A stretch of DNA of 32,000 bases from Xylanibacter ruminicola 23 (GTDB lineage Bacteria; Bacteroidota; Bacteroidia; Bacteroidales; Bacteroidaceae): the NCBI RefSeq assembly GCF_000025925.1, contig NC_014033.1, forward strand, positions 2,370,001 to 2,402,000, in the 5' to 3' direction. The notes under the pieces were generated by a model, which saw nothing but the letters and a program-made list of their open reading frames with translations, was not told the origin of the DNA and ran no database searches. Within the stretch, counting starts at the first letter, position 1; each line of letters opens with the position of its first letter. The position numbers were made by a program, and so were the translations under genes. Positions 31,157-32,000 of the stretch are shown here, piece by piece.

Positions 31157-32000
31157 GTGGTAGGCCAGTTTACCAAAAACAGTTTTTCGGTAGCACGTGT
31201 AAAAGCGGTGTAAAGCCAGTGGATATAGTCGGGCGTCAACATATCGTCCGTCATATAACCTTGGTCGATATACACATGCGCCCATTGTCCGCCCTGCGCC
31301 TTATGACAGGTAACGGCATAAGCAAACTTTATCTGCAGGGCATTAAAGTATTTATCTTTCTTCAGTTGCTTAATGCGGTCGGCCTTCAGGGGAATATCGG
31401 CATAATCTTCCATTACCGCATTATACAGTTGTTCCTGTTGTTCGCGCGACAGAGCAGGCGATTCGGTAGTCAGCGAATCGAGAATCACGGTAGCCGTGAG
31501 TTCGTAGTTATCGTAATCGGGTAGCGTCATCGTCACATCAGCAAAGCGGAACCCGAACAGTTCGTGAACATTGCGCACACGCTGCACCACAGCGATATCG
31601 CCGTTGGCCAGGAACGATATCTCCTTGGATTGTTCAGTCCAGTAATAGTTGTTCTTCACAATCATCAGTTGGTCGCCACGACACAGTTCGTCTTCGCGAT
31701 CCAGCACCGTGTTTCGGATACCCTGATTGTAGATGTTAGCGCGCTTGTTACTACGGGTAATCACCATCGTCTCGTCCATCCCCACCCTACTGTAGCTGGT
31801 GGCCAGCGATTCTATCAGCTCATCGCCTGGCACACGCACAATATCAGCAAAGCCCTGGAATCGGATTTTGGGCAGAATCCAATCGTCAATCAGCGTTCTG
31901 ATACGGGTAGCATTCCAAAGTATACCCGAATCCTCTGATTGTCTCAGCACCTGGTTCAGGTCGCACTCGTACACTTTCAGACCGTAGGCACGTAGCACAT
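31126..32000 (-). CDS. SF1 RecD/Pif1-like ATP-dependent DNA helicase, C-terminal part (continues beyond the window)
   Basis: YAVTCHKAQGGQWAHVYID and LYTAFTRATEKLFLV are the C-terminal helicase motifs. The frame is open to position 32000. Its last 31 nt overlap the convergent kinase gene. Confidence 0.8.
   Translation of the reverse strand, partial: VLRAYGLKVYECDLNQVLRQSEDSGILWNATRIRTLIDDWILPKIRFQGFADIVRVPGDELIESLATSYSRVGMDETMVITRSNKRANIYNQGIRNTVLDREDELCRGDQLMIVKNNYYWTEQSKEISFLANGDIAVVQRVRNVHELFGFRFADVTMTLPDYDNYELTATVILDSLTTESPALSREQQEQLYNAVMEDYADIPLKADRIKQLKKDKYFNALQIKFAYAVTCHKAQGGQWAHVYIDQGYMTDDMLTPDYIHWLYTAFTRATEKLFLVNWPTTQIEESTNVT

Overview
All family assignments below come from reading the translations and recalling motifs; no searches were run. 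The window looks like a Bacteroidota (probably Bacteroidales/Prevotellaceae-like) chromosome segment. That inference rests on about a dozen TAnnTTTG -7 promoter boxes, eight of which have a TTG 19-20 nt upstream, on the lack of Shine-Dalgarno sequences, and on gene content.

There are four blocks:
- (i) 1-6430 is an accessory-looking block. It holds two uncharacterised genes, a RelE/ParE-type toxin-antitoxin pair, a three-gene split HipA module (HTH / HipA N-subdomain / HipA kinase, HipBST-like), a large Big_2 plus beta-helix surface lipoprotein, a repeat-rich non-coding region, and a Bacteroidales-type HU gene followed by a 33-aa membrane peptide.
- (ii) 6514-15850 is a nitrogen-handling block: pyrG, a long PurF-like amidotransferase, convergent dapL, then an apparent glnK-amtB-porin-asnB operon.
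- (iii) 15856-31156 is a large minus-strand efflux locus. It encodes TolC, a membrane-fusion protein, four roughly 800-aa double-FtsX (MacB-type) permease paralogs (one frameshifted), a small secreted protein and a single ABC ATPase. A REC-Fis-HTH response regulator and a minimal histidine kinase are transcribed divergently from it.
- (iv) 31126-32000 is the 3' part of an SF1 RecD-like helicase.

The most unusual signals are these:
- (a) A 38-bp bipartite palindromic motif is present three times in the efflux locus. Each copy lies exactly 27 nt from a -33 TTG, which lies exactly 20 nt from a -7 box.
- (b) Tandem 7-nt arrays (mostly AAACATT) fill intercistronic spacers and leaders and often end exactly at start codons.
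- (c) An iteron-like GGTGGTCA/TGACC repeat field surrounds an AT-rich palindrome.
- (d) The split HipA module has its own 13-bp perfect inverted repeat.
- (e) There are duplicated gene 3' ends, including an asnB relic that differs from the live end only at synonymous positions.
- (f) A C9 tract abuts the promoter of the surface lipoprotein.

No rRNA, tRNA, CRISPR array, transposase or integrase was recognised.
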